Source: Felis catus
Taxonomy: Eukaryota
Reading direction: 5' to 3'
Length of the DNA stretch: 64,000 bases
NCBI RefSeq assembly: GCF_018350175.1
Contig: NC_058368.1
Coordinates: forward strand, 182,220,001 to 182,284,000
Shown here one piece after another: positions 63,875-64,000 of the stretch; position 1 is the first letter of the stretch; each line of letters opens with the position of its first letter. The translations under genes were made by a program, and so were the position numbers. The notes under the pieces were generated by a model. That model was not told the origin of the DNA, did no database searches, and saw nothing but the letters and a program-made list of their open reading frames with translations.

Positions 63875-64000
63875 GTTTTTATTTAATTTTTTTTTTTACA
63901 TTTATTCATTTTTGAGCGACAGAGAGAGACAGAGCACAAGCAGGGGAGGGGCAGAGAGAGAGGGAGACACAGAATCTGAAGAAGGCTCCAGGCTCCCAGC
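63875..64000 (-). mobile_element. Can-SINE, cut by the window end
   Basis: polyT tail, GGGGAGGGGCAGAGAGAGAGGGAGACACAGAATCTGAA. Confidence 0.92.

Noticed and set aside
1..64000. CRISPR array, prokaryotic operon, endogenous viral ORF or mitochondrial insertion
   Set aside because: No regularly spaced repeats and no long or recognisable viral or mitochondrial ORFs; the sequence is typical carnivore non-coding DNA

Overview
AT-rich, repeat-dense mammalian genomic DNA, almost certainly from a felid: it carries SINEC_Fc-type Can-SINEs and a young carnivore L1. I can find no supportable protein-coding gene. The recognisable ORFs in the track come from SINEs, L1 or microsatellites, and the rest look like chance ORFs. 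Content: about 25 Can-SINEs (many with clear target-site duplications), several L1 pieces including a 5'-inverted (twin-primed) young L1 and a ~3.6 kb ancient L1, ERVL/MaLR LTRs (LTR40-, LTR33-, LTR16- and MLT1-like), MIR/L2 relics, and hAT DNA transposon fossils (MER58A, MER103C-like, a decayed Zaphod/MER115-like transposase, and an isolated BED zinc-finger fossil). Non-repeat highlights: a CpG-enriched, double-CCAAT promoter-like region at ~35.6 kb, a well-formed candidate exon at 42020-42154 just downstream of a (TG)n tract, and an isolated GCCGCCACCATGG/CTCF-like motif at 33431. Repeat family names come from my recollection of consensus sequences, not from a search. I see no convincing novel biological system; the findings are leads to test.
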